Assembly (NCBI GenBank): GCA_965223825.1
Contig: OZ245018.1
Location: forward strand, 1,097,032-1,161,031
Origin: Gammaproteobacteria bacterium
Lineage (GTDB): Bacteria; Pseudomonadota; Gammaproteobacteria; CAJXQU01
Length of the DNA: 64,000 bases
Direction: 5' to 3'
Made by a program: the position numbers and the translations under genes. The notes under the pieces are model-generated. The model made no database searches. It saw only the letters and a list, made by a program, of their open reading frames with translations, and was not told the origin of the DNA. Shown piece by piece: positions 20,690 through 31,677 of the stretch (the first letter of the stretch is position 1; each line of letters opens with the position of its first letter).

Positions 20690-22650
20690 CTATGATGAAA
20701 ATGCAGGCCTTAATCATCGTTCTTGCACCGTTAATCGGTGCGATCATCGCGGGTCTGTTTGGTAAAAAAATAGGGCGATCAGGCGCACATTGGGTGACGA
20801 TATTAGGCGTGGCGATCAGCTTCTTATTATCGTTAAATTTGTATATTCAGATTATTTGGAACGGTGCACCATCGTTTAATGCAAATGTTTATACGTGGCT
20901 TATCAGTGGTGATATTGCGTTTTATGTCGGCTTTTTAATCGATCAACTGACTGTCACCATGATGGTCGTTGTCACTTTCGTCTCATTAATGGTGCATATT
21001 TATACCATTGGTTACATGGAAGACGACCCGGGCTATCAACGCTTTTTCAGTTACATTTCTTTATTCACTTTTAGCATGCTAATGCTAGTGATGGCGAATA
21101 ATTTCATGCAGCTTTTCTTTGGTTGGGAAGCGGTTGGACTCGTGTCCTATTTGTTGATCGGTTTCTGGTATAAAAAGCCCACGGCTATCTTTGCGAATAT
21201 GAAGGCATTTCTGGTTAACCGTGTGGGTGATTTTGGTTTTCTGCTGGGTATTGCAGCGGTTTTGTTTTATTTCCAGTCATTAGATTACGCGCACGTCTTC
21301 TCGCTCGCGCCGGAAATGGCCGAAAAGACAATTGTGATCTGGGGCGAAGAAAGTTGGTCATTGATGACCGTGATCTGCATTCTGCTCTTCATCGGTGCGA
21401 TGGGGAAATCAGCGCAAGCGCCACTGCATGTCTGGTTGCCAGACTCAATGGAAGGTCCGACCCCGATATCGGCGCTGATACATGCCGCGACGATGGTAAC
21501 TGCTGGTATTTTTATGGTGGCGCGCATGTCGCCATTATTCGAATTATCTGAAACTGCACTTAGTTTTGTCATGTTGATCGGTGCGTTTACCGCCTTTTTC
21601 ATGGGGCTGCTGGGATTGGTGCAGAACGATATTAAACGCGTTGTGGCATATTCAACGTTGTCGCAACTCGGTTATATGACGGTTGCACTCGGCGTGTCTG
21701 CGTATGCCGCCGGGATATTTCATCTAACGACTCATGCTTTCTTCAAGGCGCTGTTATTTCTTGCGGCGGGTTCCGTGATTATTGGTATGCACCATGAGCA
21801 AGATATGCGCAAAATGGGCGGGCTCTGGCGCTACATGCCGGTGACATGGATCACGTGTCTGATCGGCTCATTAGCTTTGATCGGGTTTCCTGGTTTTGCT
21901 GGATTTTTCTCGAAAGACGCGATCATTGAAGCGGTGCACTTATCAGATCGCTTCGGATCAGATATTACGTATTGGGCTGTGCTTGCGGGCGTGTTCATTA
22001 CTGCGCTTTATTCTTTCCGTTTACTGTTCTTGGTGTTTCACGGTGAAGAGCGTTTAGACGTACATACGCGTGCGCATTTGCATGAATCTCCCGGGGTTGT
22101 GACTTGGCCTCTGATTTTGCTGGCGATCCCTTCGGTTGTGATCGGCGCCTTACTTATTGAGCCGATGCTCTTCGCTGATTATTTCGGAAGTAGCATTACG
22201 GTGCATGCAGACCACAACGTATTACATGAGCTTGGTGAAGAATTTCATGGTTGGTTTGCAATGGTGCTGCATGGCGTAACGCAATTACCGTTTATTTTCG
22301 CGATGGCGGGTGTGGTTTGCGCTTGGCTAGGCTATTTGATGTTTCCACAGCTGCCGGAATTTTTTGCACGTGTCTTCAAGCCGGTATATTGGGTGTTGAC
22401 GAAAAAATATGGCTTTGATGAATTTAATCAAACGATTTTTGCGGGTGGTACGCGGGCAATTGGGAATTTATTTTCAGGCGTGGGTGATCGCGTTCTGATC
22501 GATGGTTTACTGGTTAACGGTAGTGCAAAATTTGTTGGATTATTTTCCGGCTTGATGCGGCACATTCAGTCCGGTTATTTATACCATTATGCCTTTGCGA
22601 TGATTTTAGGTTTGTTAGGACTTTTGGGAGTCTTCGTTTATGTTCGCTAG
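20686..22650 (+). CDS. nuoL: NADH-quinone oxidoreductase subunit L
   Basis: It is a 654 aa antiporter-like subunit. The motifs [25 protein letters not shown] are present, along with a long C-terminal helix region. Confidence 0.9.
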   Translation: MTMMKMQALIIVLAPLIGAIIAGLFGKKIGRSGAHWVTILGVAISFLLSLNLYIQIIWNGAPSFNANVYTWLISGDIAFYVGFLIDQLTVTMMVVVTFVSLMVHIYTIGYMEDDPGYQRFFSYISLFTFSMLMLVMANNFMQLFFGWEAVGLVSYLLIGFWYKKPTAIFANMKAFLVNRVGDFGFLLGIAAVLFYFQSLDYAHVFSLAPEMAEKTIVIWGEESWSLMTVICILLFIGAMGKSAQAPLHVWLPDSMEGPTPISALIHAATMVTAGIFMVARMSPLFELSETALSFVMLIGAFTAFFMGLLGLVQNDIKRVVAYSTLSQLGYMTVALGVSAYAAGIFHLTTHAFFKALLFLAAGSVIIGMHHEQDMRKMGGLWRYMPVTWITCLIGSLALIGFPGFAGFFSKDAIIEAVHLSDRFGSDITYWAVLAGVFITALYSFRLLFLVFHGEERLDVHTRAHLHESPGVVTWPLILLAIPSVVIGALLIEPMLFADYFGSSITVHADHNVLHELGEEFHGWFAMVLHGVTQLPFIFAMAGVVCAWLGYLMFPQLPEFFARVFKPVYWVLTKKYGFDEFNQTIFAGGTRAIGNLFSGVGDRVLIDGLLVNGSAKFVGLFSGLMRHIQSGYLYHYAFAMILGLLGLLGVFVYVR

Positions 22651-24160
22651 TCTCCCGCAATTGAGCCTGATCATCTGGTTGCCTATTGTTGTTGGCTTCG
22701 GTCTGATGTTTGCGCATGAACGACTCTCGTCAAATACCATTCGTTTGATCAGCTTAGGTGCAGCTCTACTCACTTTTCTCGCCTCCATCCCACTTTATTT
22801 TGGATTTAATACTGGTCACGCAGGTATGCAGTTTGTTGAAAACCTGAGTTGGATTCCAGTTTTCGATATTAACTATCATCTTGGTATTGATGGCATCGCC
22901 TTACCGCTGATTTTATTAACAACATTTATTACCGTTTTAGTTGTACTTGCTGCGTGGGAATCAATTACTGATCGACAAGCGCATTACATGGCAGCATTTT
23001 TGATTTTAGATGGCTTAATGGTGGCCGTTTTTTCCGCACAGGACGCCATTTTATTTTATGTCTTTTGGGAAGCCATGTTGATACCGATGTTTTTAATCAT
23101 CGGTATCTGGGGCGGGCCAAATCGTGTTTATGCGACGGTGAAGTTTTTTCTCTACACCTTTCTTGGCTCAGTTTTTATGTTGGTGGCATTCCTGTATCTG
23201 TATCACTTGGGCGGTACGTTTAATATCCAAGCTTTGCATGATCTACCGATCTCGCTCGCGGCGCAGAAATGGATTTTTCTCGCTTTTTTCCTCGCTTTCG
23301 CAGTAAAAATCCCCATGTGGCCAGTCCATACTTGGCTGCCTGATGCGCACGTTGAAGCACCAACCGGAGGTTCTGTCGTTCTGGCGGCGATTATGCTGAA
23401 GATGGGCGGTTATGGTTTTTTGCGCTTTTCATTACCGATCACACCGGATGCCAGTCACGCACTAGCCGGTGTGATGATAGTTCTTTCCCTGATCGCAATT
23501 GTGTATATCGGCTTTGTCGCGTTAGTGCAGGGTGATATGAAAAAGCTCATCGCGTATTCCTCTATCTCGCACATGGGTTTCGTCACGCTGGGCATGTTTG
23601 TTGGCTATCAGATCATAACGAAGACAGGTTCAGCGGACGGTGCGAAAATGGCGATGGAAGGTGCCATGGTGCAAATGATCTCGCATGGTTTCATCTCCGG
23701 TGCCATGTTCCTATGCGTTGGTGTGCTTTATGATCGTATGCACTCACGTCAGATCGCAGACTATGGCGGTGTGGTAAATACCATGCCGATTTTTGCCGCG
23801 TTTATGGTGTTTTTCGCAATGGCGAATGCTGGCTTACCAGGTACATCGGGTTTTGTCGGTGAGTTTCTTGTGATTTTGAGTGCTTTCGGCGCAAGTTTCT
23901 GGATCGCATTCTTTGCGGCGATCACCCTGATTCTCGGTGCAGCTTACACCTTATGGATGGTGAAGCGTGTCACCTTTGGTGATGTTGCGAATGAGAATGT
24001 TGCAAAGTTGACGGATATTAATCGACGTGAATTTATGATTTTGGCAAGCCTTGCCGTGTTTGTTTTACTTTTCGGCGTATTCCCAGCACCGTTATTAGAC
24101 GTGATGCACGCATCGGTTGCACACCTGATCGAGCACATAATGCAGAGTAAATTACCGTGA
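22640..24160 (+). CDS. nuoM: NADH-quinone oxidoreductase subunit M
   Basis: It is a 506 aa antiporter-like subunit containing WLPDAHVEAPTGGSVVLAAIMLKMGGYG. Confidence 0.9.
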   Translation: MFASLPQLSLIIWLPIVVGFGLMFAHERLSSNTIRLISLGAALLTFLASIPLYFGFNTGHAGMQFVENLSWIPVFDINYHLGIDGIALPLILLTTFITVLVVLAAWESITDRQAHYMAAFLILDGLMVAVFSAQDAILFYVFWEAMLIPMFLIIGIWGGPNRVYATVKFFLYTFLGSVFMLVAFLYLYHLGGTFNIQALHDLPISLAAQKWIFLAFFLAFAVKIPMWPVHTWLPDAHVEAPTGGSVVLAAIMLKMGGYGFLRFSLPITPDASHALAGVMIVLSLIAIVYIGFVALVQGDMKKLIAYSSISHMGFVTLGMFVGYQIITKTGSADGAKMAMEGAMVQMISHGFISGAMFLCVGVLYDRMHSRQIADYGGVVNTMPIFAAFMVFFAMANAGLPGTSGFVGEFLVILSAFGASFWIAFFAAITLILGAAYTLWMVKRVTFGDVANENVAKLTDINRREFMILASLAVFVLLFGVFPAPLLDVMHASVAHLIEHIMQSKLP

Positions 24161-25584
24161 ACGTGGCAGATTACATCCTCGCTTTTTCCGAAATTTTCAT
24201 GTTGAGTATGGCGTGCATTATCTTGCTCGCGGATGTCTACCTCGTACACCGCCATCGTAAACTTGCGTACGGTTTGACTCTATTTACTCTAGCGGCGTTA
24301 TTCATGCTGAGCGTGTGTCAGTTTAGTCATCCGCCACAAACGGCATTTACTGGATTATTTGTTTCCGATCCACTCAGCGCTCTATTGAAAGCTGCGATCA
24401 CACTCTCGACTTTTTTTGTGGTTGTTTATTCACGCACTTATTTGGAAGATCGTGGGTTATTTAAAGGTGAATATTTTGTCCTGATCTTATTCGCCGTGCT
24501 CGGCATGATGATCATGGTCTCTGCGGGCAGCTTCCTGTCAATGTACCTCGGCTTGGAATTACTCTCACTCGCACTTTATGCCATGGTTGCAATCCATCGT
24601 GATTCGCGTGAAGCATCCGAAGCTGCGATGAAATATTTCGTTCTTGGCGCGATCGCGTCAGGCATGTTGTTATATGGCATGTCGATGATCTACGGAGCCA
24701 CGGGCTCATTAGAATTGGCGACAATCAGCCAACGTTTAACTACTGATATCACGCAATCTAACGTGCTTGTGTTTGGTTTGGTATTCATTGTTGCCGGTGT
24801 CGCGTTTAAGCTTGGCGCCGCACCATTTCATATGTGGGCACCGGACGTATATCAAGGTGCGCCGACTGCCGTCACATTGTTTTTAGGGTCAGCGCCTAAA
24901 CTGGCGGGTTTTGCATTGGCTTATCGGTTATTGGTCGATGGTTTAGGTGGGTTGGTTGATCAGTGGTCTATGATGTTGATGATTCTTTCGGTGCTGTCTA
25001 TCGGTGTCGGTAATGTGATCGCACTGTCACAGACGAATATTAAACGCATGCTCGCTTATTCTGCGATTGCGCATATGGGCTATATGTTGCTGGGGATATT
25101 GTCCGGTACCGAGTCTGGCTATGCTGCCTCACTTTTCTATACGCTGACTTATACGTTAATGACGATCGGTGTCTTTGGTGTGATTTTATTGCTGAGTCGT
25201 GCAGGACATGAAGCGGATAAGCTCGACGATTTACGTGGACTGGCGAAACGCAGCCCGTGGTTCGCGCTCGTCATGTTAATTCTGATCTTTTCAATGGCGG
25301 GTGTGCCGCCGTTTGTTGGTTTCTGGAGTAAATGGTTCGTCTTGCGTGAAGTCGTGAATGCGGGTTATCTCTGGCTTGCTGCAGTAGCTGTTTTCTTCGC
25401 GATCATTGGGGCATTTTACTACCTGCGCATTATTCGTCTTATGTATTTCGAGTCAGACGATTTGGTTGAATTTAAAGCATCGGCGGATATTAAAACCTTG
25501 CTCTCATTGAATGGTATGAGTGTTTTGTTGTTAGGTATTATGCCGAGTAGTTTGCTGGCGTTGTGTTTGGCCGTATTTGCTTGA
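24157..25584 (+). CDS. nuoN: NADH-quinone oxidoreductase subunit N
   Basis: It is a 475 aa antiporter-like subunit containing APDVYQGAPTAVTLFLGSAPK. Confidence 0.9.
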   Translation: MNVADYILAFSEIFMLSMACIILLADVYLVHRHRKLAYGLTLFTLAALFMLSVCQFSHPPQTAFTGLFVSDPLSALLKAAITLSTFFVVVYSRTYLEDRGLFKGEYFVLILFAVLGMMIMVSAGSFLSMYLGLELLSLALYAMVAIHRDSREASEAAMKYFVLGAIASGMLLYGMSMIYGATGSLELATISQRLTTDITQSNVLVFGLVFIVAGVAFKLGAAPFHMWAPDVYQGAPTAVTLFLGSAPKLAGFALAYRLLVDGLGGLVDQWSMMLMILSVLSIGVGNVIALSQTNIKRMLAYSAIAHMGYMLLGILSGTESGYAASLFYTLTYTLMTIGVFGVILLLSRAGHEADKLDDLRGLAKRSPWFALVMLILIFSMAGVPPFVGFWSKWFVLREVVNAGYLWLAAVAVFFAIIGAFYYLRIIRLMYFESDDLVEFKASADIKTLLSLNGMSVLLLGIMPSSLLALCLAVFA

Positions 25585-26771
25585 TCAGAACGTCTTTCGT
25601 TCGTGTTGTACTTTTTTTATTTCTCTTAATTACTGACTGCTCCGCCGAGTGGATCACGGTTTATTCTGAAGATTTCGAAGCGCTTAACTTGCCACGCTCA
25701 GTCAATTGGTATGTTGATCAGCAGACGGATACTTCACTTCCAAAACCTTGCTTTGTCATAGAGCCTGATTTCTGTGAACCGCATTTTCTTCCTCAGGATG
25801 CGTTACCGGCGGCATTCCGGTTTAGTTTACCGATAGGTCATTCAAGCGCCGTAAATAGCATCTCAAATGGCATCACAATCGAGTCATATACACGTGATCC
25901 GGCAACAGATTTTTCCTCGTTGATCGCTCGTGTTGTTGATCCAGAAAATAAAAATAATCATGTGCTGCGCTTACGCTCAGTACAACACACCGACGCAAAT
26001 ATTTTGCGATCAAGCATGCCGTTGAAAGGCGATTATCGTGTGAGCTTGCGCGTTGGTCATGTTGAATTTGGATCGGGTGATGGATTGAATGGGTATGACG
26101 GTGACGAAATGGCTATACCTTGGTTAGAGCAGTCTTCCGTTAAGGAAAATGGCTTTTACTGGTTAGCGCTGTCAGATGTCTTGCCGCGACCACAGAGTAA
26201 TATTTGGTGGCATCATCATCGAAAAGCGGTGATCGATAGTGACAATCATTGGCCAGCTTGGTCGCAGATCTGGAATGGCTCAAAATTTATAAAAAGTGGT
26301 AAACAGCCGGTCATGATGTTCGTCCTCAATGGCGCTGGGCAAGCGTCGTTAGCAACAGGTAAACCCTTCAAAAGTTTTAGTGCAAATGCATGGCAACCTT
26401 CTGGCCAGATCAAGGCTGTTGACGCATATTTGCCGAAGCAGTGGTACGACGTTGTGATCATGCGAATAGCGAATCAACTGACATTACAGATCAGTGGTAG
26501 ATTTGCTTATGGTGGCACCCGTCATTACGTTGCGCAGATCGCGCTTGATGAAGAGTGTGTCTGGCATTCACCGCGCACAACACGAGAAGCAGAGAAAATA
26601 AAACCGGCATGTTTTATTCAACAAAACCTGTCTTGGGCAAGTTGGAAACAAGGTGAGCTTTGGCCAGATTATTTTTTCTTGGGCGACCCACATATTAATT
26701 TTTATGAAGGTGAAATGCTCATTGATGACATTCGAATTGAAAGTTGGCAGCCACGCGAACCTACATCGTGA
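25563..26771 (+). CDS. secreted hypothetical protein, Trp-rich, translationally coupled to the nuoN stop
   Basis: The frame is open from the GTG at 25563. A TTG at 25581 overlaps the nuoN TGA (TTGA) and would give a classic signal peptide (IRTSFVRVVLFLFLLITDCSA/EW). The mature part of about 375 aa has many Trp and His residues (WWHHHRK). No family was recognised; a beta-sandwich lectin or hydrolase-like fold is possible. Confidence 0.5.
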   Translation: MFGRICLIRTSFVRVVLFLFLLITDCSAEWITVYSEDFEALNLPRSVNWYVDQQTDTSLPKPCFVIEPDFCEPHFLPQDALPAAFRFSLPIGHSSAVNSISNGITIESYTRDPATDFSSLIARVVDPENKNNHVLRLRSVQHTDANILRSSMPLKGDYRVSLRVGHVEFGSGDGLNGYDGDEMAIPWLEQSSVKENGFYWLALSDVLPRPQSNIWWHHHRKAVIDSDNHWPAWSQIWNGSKFIKSGKQPVMMFVLNGAGQASLATGKPFKSFSANAWQPSGQIKAVDAYLPKQWYDVVIMRIANQLTLQISGRFAYGGTRHYVAQIALDEECVWHSPRTTREAEKIKPACFIQQNLSWASWKQGELWPDYFFLGDPHINFYEGEMLIDDIRIESWQPREPTS

Positions 26772-26952
26772 GGCCGAACAGCTTTGCCAGATTCATGGAT
26801 TGTTTTAAATGTTTGAAATGCGTCAATTAATTTAGCAAAAACGTATCACTTTAGATGCGCTATTTTTGATTTTAGAAAACGAGAACTCGTGATACATTAC
26901 GCTCCTTTTTGCATGAATTATTTACTGACGAAATCTGATCAGGAGAACGGTA

Positions 26953-28866
26953 TTGAGTGATAACGCCCGAGTCGCGAAGAGTAAGTTTGATCATAACGAT
27001 GCGGCTGAGTTGTATCATATTCCCTCGTGGGGTGTGGGTTATTTTTCAGTAAATGACGAAGGTAAACTCACGGCTGAAGTGGAGAATAGTTGTGCAGTTC
27101 CGTTGACCGATATTATTCAGGACTTCCGTGCGACGGGTTCTGATTTGCCGGTGATTTTACGTTTTCCACAAATCCTCCAAGATAGACTCGATCGTGTTAA
27201 TGGTTGTTTTGCACACGCCATTAATGAGTCCGGCTTCAACGGTTATTATCAAGGCGTATATCCGATCAAAGTGAATCAGCGACGTATGGTGGTTGAGACA
27301 ATTGCCGAATATGGATCGAAATATCGCACAGGATTAGAAGCCGGTTCAAAAGCAGAACTCGCATTAATTCTTGTCCAAGATATTCATCAGGAAGCGTTGA
27401 TCTGCTGTAATGGTTTCAAAGACGAAGATTTTATTCGCATGGCGCTTTGGGGGCGAAAAATCGGTAAGAATGTTGTTATTACGTTGGAAAAATTCAGTGA
27501 GCTTGATCGTGTTTTGCGCATTAGCGAAGAACTAGGAATTCGTCCGCAGATCGGTATTCGTTTTAAATTACATTCAAAAGGGTCAGGGCAGTGGGAATCC
27601 AGTGGGGGGGATGATGCGAAGTTTGGTTTGACTGCCACTGAAATGCTCACCGCGATTGGTCGCTTGCAAGAACGCGATATGACAGATTGCTTAGTGATGT
27701 TGCATTGTCATGTTGGTTCTCAACTCACCGATATTCGAAAAATAAAAAATGCCGTACGTGAAGCGGCGCAGACGTATGTCGAGCTTTTTGAACTGGGGAT
27801 TCCATTAAAATATTTAAATCTCGGTGGTGGGCTTGCGGTCGATTATGATGGCAGCAAAACGAATTTTACCGCTAGTGCGAATTATGGCTTGCAAGAGTAT
27901 GCGAATACGGTTGTGTGGGCGGTTCTTGAAAGTTGTAATGAATACGAAGCGCCTCACCCGATCATTGTGACAGAGTCTGGCCGCGCGCTTACCGCGCATC
28001 ACGCAGTGCTAATTATCCCGGTGGTGGATGCGCTTGGCCATGAACAAAAAATGACACTACCCCCATTAGAAGGAGAGTTGCACTCATTGGTAGCTGATCT
28101 GCTTAAGATGGAAGAGGAGATTACGCTTAAAACGTATCGTGAAATTTATAATGAAGCGGTCAGTATTAAAGAGACGATGCACAATCTGTTTGATCTGGGT
28201 TATCTCAGTTTGCTTGAACGCGCACATATCGAAAACTTACATAACCGTATTTTGAATAAAGTCGCGAGGATTGTTAGCGATCTGGAATATGCGCCGGAAG
28301 AATTTGAAAATTTACCGACGTTATTAGCGGAAAAATACGTTTGTAATTTCAGTCTTTTTCAAAGTTTGCCTGATCATTGGGCGATAGGACAATTATTTCC
28401 TATCACGCCGATTGAACGATTAAATGAACGTCCAACACGACAAGCCACGTTGGTTGATGTGAGTTGTGATAGTGATGGAAAAATCAATAAATTTATTGAT
28501 CTTCGTGATGTGAAGTCGACATTGCCGGTGCATGAATTGCGTAACAACGAACCTTATTATCTTGGTGTCTTCCTTACCGGGGCCTATCAAGACGTTCTTG
28601 GTAATGCGCACAATCTTTTTGGGCGTGTTAATGAGGCTCACATAACGTTAAACACGGATGGTTTTAATATTGATTTGATCGTACCTGGACAAAAAGCTCG
28701 ACGCTTAATTGAGAACATGGGCTACGAAACGCATCAATTACACAAATGGTTGCTGGAAACGATAGCTGATTCTGAAGTGAAATTACCAAAAGGACAATTC
28801 AAAGAGTTTATAGAATTATACGATGCAGAGTTAGTTGGTTATACCTACCTTGAGCAAATGAATTAA
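26953..28866 (+). CDS. speA: biosynthetic arginine decarboxylase
   Basis: A TTG start is preceded by an aggaga RBS. The 637 aa product has PLP-fold motifs (YQGVYPIKVNQ, GLEAGSK, HCHVGSQ, NLGGGLAVDYDG) and an SpeA-type C-terminus. Confidence 0.85.
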   Translation: MSDNARVAKSKFDHNDAAELYHIPSWGVGYFSVNDEGKLTAEVENSCAVPLTDIIQDFRATGSDLPVILRFPQILQDRLDRVNGCFAHAINESGFNGYYQGVYPIKVNQRRMVVETIAEYGSKYRTGLEAGSKAELALILVQDIHQEALICCNGFKDEDFIRMALWGRKIGKNVVITLEKFSELDRVLRISEELGIRPQIGIRFKLHSKGSGQWESSGGDDAKFGLTATEMLTAIGRLQERDMTDCLVMLHCHVGSQLTDIRKIKNAVREAAQTYVELFELGIPLKYLNLGGGLAVDYDGSKTNFTASANYGLQEYANTVVWAVLESCNEYEAPHPIIVTESGRALTAHHAVLIIPVVDALGHEQKMTLPPLEGELHSLVADLLKMEEEITLKTYREIYNEAVSIKETMHNLFDLGYLSLLERAHIENLHNRILNKVARIVSDLEYAPEEFENLPTLLAEKYVCNFSLFQSLPDHWAIGQLFPITPIERLNERPTRQATLVDVSCDSDGKINKFIDLRDVKSTLPVHELRNNEPYYLGVFLTGAYQDVLGNAHNLFGRVNEAHITLNTDGFNIDLIVPGQKARRLIENMGYETHQLHKWLLETIADSEVKLPKGQFKEFIELYDAELVGYTYLEQMN

Positions 28867-29513
28867 CGCGTGAAATGTAAGATTTGGCCCTTATATGGTG
28901 AGCTTAGCTGATCAGGGTTAACCGGTTCACCTAAATGATAGTGGTAACCGAGCTCGTCCATACATTTCCTTAATTGTCCTTTATGTCCACGCCCAGGATC
29001 GGTCAGAATTACGTGACAGTCGGCTTTTGCATGTTGATTAATAAACTCTGAAAGCAAGCTTGCGTGATCCCGTTCATACAAAAGATCGCTACCAATAATG
29101 ACATCGAATAAACCAAGCTCTGTGATCTCATCTTCCCATGCCGTTCGAATGAAGGGAATGATTTCCGCATTGTTTAAAAGGGCGTTATCGATCAAGAATT
29201 GTTCTACTTCTGGGTGATAATCCGTTGCGGTAATGTCAGCATTCATATTGTTGAGCATGAGACTGGTGAGTGCCATGCCACAACCAACTTCTAGAATGCG
29301 TTTCCCGTCCAAAGCATATTCATGCATGTACTGAGCAAGCACTTCTGAAGATGGCCAGATGACGCCAAAAAAAGGCCAAGTGGCGGATGATATTCCGAGC
29401 GCTTCGGCGACGCCGTTGATATCTTCGAATTGTTGTTTGTCTTTGAGGGTACGTAAATGGATATCGGTATTACCGATTTCAATGGTCTGGTAACGATAGC
29501 GCAAGTTACTCAT
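28863..29513 (-). CDS. class I SAM-dependent methyltransferase (Methyltransf_16 / METTL21-like, putative protein-lysine N-methyltransferase)
   Basis: It has the SAM motif ILEVGCGMALTSLML and a DVIIGSDLLYERDHASLL motif typical of the METTL21/FAM86 group. It is convergent with speA and overlaps it by 4 nt. Confidence 0.6.
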   Translation of the reverse strand: MSNLRYRYQTIEIGNTDIHLRTLKDKQQFEDINGVAEALGISSATWPFFGVIWPSSEVLAQYMHEYALDGKRILEVGCGMALTSLMLNNMNADITATDYHPEVEQFLIDNALLNNAEIIPFIRTAWEDEITELGLFDVIIGSDLLYERDHASLLSEFINQHAKADCHVILTDPGRGHKGQLRKCMDELGYHYHLGEPVNPDQLSSPYKGQILHFTR

Positions 29514-29701
29514 AGAATTGTATTCTCCAGATTGACATGCAGAGGCATGAAATCAACTGAAGACATGACGATCTTAACCGATACTCTACGCGTAATTACC
29601 TGAAGTAGCGAATTAGTTTATCTTGGCTGAGCGCAAGTGCGTATGCTCAGATAGCCAAGGTTGGATGATTATTCGAAAGGTGCGTTTGCGATAAAATTTT
29701 C

Positions 29702-30613
29702 TTACATAGGTTGAGTTTGTGAGGTTCCTGACAGGCTGTATGAAAGGATTTTGTAGGTCAGTTTTGCGGCAAGAAAATCACAACTATGCAGATGTGCTTG
29801 TGGAGCGAGTTCTACCACGTCAGCACCAATGATCTGATGCGTTTGTGCTGCGCGTTTTATGATTGGGATGACATCATCCCAAAACATGCCGCCAGGCTCT
29901 GGTGTACCCGTCGCGGGCATCAGGCTGGCATCGAGTCCATCGATATCAAATGAAATGTAAACTGGGCGATCACCTAACTCAGCAATAATCTGATCAATAT
30001 TCCATTGTGCTTTATCTTTTGCCCAATGCATGTGAATGCGATCAGTATTTTCTTCGAGAAAGGGAATCTCACCGGCAGAAATATTACGAATACCACAGGA
30101 TACTAATGAGACGACTTCTGGTAGGTCAAGGCAGCGTCTTAGTGCAGCGGCATGCGAATAGTGTTCGCCGTCGTAACCATCACGGAGATCAGCGTGCGCA
30201 TCGAAATGCAGGATCGCGATCTCACCATATTTACGCGTCATTGCACGTATTGGCCCCACGGATAAGGAATGTTCGCCACCGAGAATCATGGGAAACTTAC
30301 CCTCATCAAGTACGCGCGTGGTGATCTGATCAAGTTGATCCAGCGCATCAACAATTGGTGTGTTGATCGCAAAGGGTGCGATCGTTTCTACACCAAAATC
30401 CTGATACGGTTCGCACCACAAATCTTCGTCAAATAATTCCACTTGATGAGATGCTTTGATGATCGCTTCAGGGCCTTTTGCCGTGCCGCTGCCATAACTG
30501 ACAGAGGCTTCAAGACCGAACGGAATGATCACTGCTGTTGATGTCAGTGAGCGACCATCGCGTTCTTCTGGATCAAGGCCAAGAAAGCCTTTGGATAACT
30601 TCAAGCGTTCCAT
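29702..30613 (-). CDS. speB: agmatinase-like ureohydrolase (arginase family)
   Basis: The arginase-family metal-binding motifs are present (HFDAHADL, GGEHS, SFDIDGLD). Length is 303 aa. The gene is translationally coupled to the upstream DHS-like gene, and the true substrate may not be agmatine. Confidence 0.7.
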   Translation of the reverse strand: MERLKLSKGFLGLDPEERDGRSLTSTAVIIPFGLEASVSYGSGTAKGPEAIIKASHQVELFDEDLWCEPYQDFGVETIAPFAINTPIVDALDQLDQITTRVLDEGKFPMILGGEHSLSVGPIRAMTRKYGEIAILHFDAHADLRDGYDGEHYSHAAALRRCLDLPEVVSLVSCGIRNISAGEIPFLEENTDRIHMHWAKDKAQWNIDQIIAELGDRPVYISFDIDGLDASLMPATGTPEPGGMFWDDVIPIIKRAAQTHQIIGADVVELAPQAHLHSCDFLAAKLTYKILSYSLSGTSQTQPM

Positions 30614-31677
30614 TATTTAAAGAGCTTACTGAAATGGCGACGTTCGCGGTTTTTCCATTCTGCACGGTGGTATGCATCACTGGCTAACAATGGAATAACG
30701 GTTGTTGCTTCAGCAAAAACCATTTGTTCGTATGCGGTGTCGACTTTGCCCCATGAGCAGGCTTCTTTCAGGGTTGAGCTACTGCACGCGCCGTCACGAC
30801 TATCAGCGACAGTGATTTGGACCGCATATTTATGCATGTCGACGTCTTTACCGAGAATTTCTGCACAGACAACGGTATCTTGTACAAAGTTTTTCGGAAC
30901 GCCACCACCAACCATGAGTAAGCCGGTTGTGCCCGCTTCGATCTTGATGTCTGTCAGTTCACGGAAATCGGCGATAGAGTCCAACGTCATATGATTTCCC
31001 GGGTTTTTAACTTGATGCGTGACCAAACCAAAGCCTGCACTTGAATCAGTAAATGCTGGGCAGAAAATCGGTACGTCGTGCTCGTAGGCAGTCTGGATCA
31101 GAGAGCCGGGCTTTTTCGCATTCGTCGTTAACCAGCGGCCCATTTCTTTGATGAACTCTCGAGAAGAGTAGGGACGTTTTTCTAATGTATTGGCGATTTC
31201 TTCGATCGTGAAATCACAGGCTTGAAGTTCTTCTTCGTTGATGTAGGTGTCGTAGATACGATCGATATACAGATCGCGCATGATTTTGTCATCGACAAAT
31301 GGGGAGCCCTGATAATGTTTGTATCCAAGTGCTTCGAAGAAGTCCATATCAACAATGCTGGCTCCCGTGGCGACGATGGCATCGACCATGTTGTATTTGA
31401 TCAAGTCTGCGTACAGTTGCATGCAACCGCCAGCTGAGGTGGAGCCCGCCAGTGTCAGAATGATCGAGCAATCTTTGTCTGCAACCATACGATTGAAGAT
31501 AGATGTTGCTTTGGCCAGATCACGTGAGCTAAAGGACATTTTGTCCATTGCGTCGATGATTGGGCGAGCGTCGAATGACGTAATATCGATATGCTCGACA
31601 GGGGTCGAGAGTAATTCGTTTTTGATACTGGATTTATCTACTGGATTTGCTGACATTGGTCGATTCTCTTTATTCAA
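30613..31677 (-). CDS. deoxyhypusine synthase-like protein (bacterial DHS homologue; possible homospermidine synthase activity)
   Basis: The 354 aa product carries a DHS family signature (MVGGGVPKNFVQDTVVCAEILGKD ... SWGKV). Its stop overlaps the start of the ureohydrolase gene by 1 nt. Confidence 0.8.
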   Translation of the reverse strand: MNKENRPMSANPVDKSSIKNELLSTPVEHIDITSFDARPIIDAMDKMSFSSRDLAKATSIFNRMVADKDCSIILTLAGSTSAGGCMQLYADLIKYNMVDAIVATGASIVDMDFFEALGYKHYQGSPFVDDKIMRDLYIDRIYDTYINEEELQACDFTIEEIANTLEKRPYSSREFIKEMGRWLTTNAKKPGSLIQTAYEHDVPIFCPAFTDSSAGFGLVTHQVKNPGNHMTLDSIADFRELTDIKIEAGTTGLLMVGGGVPKNFVQDTVVCAEILGKDVDMHKYAVQITVADSRDGACSSSTLKEACSWGKVDTAYEQMVFAEATTVIPLLASDAYHRAEWKNRERRHFSKLFK

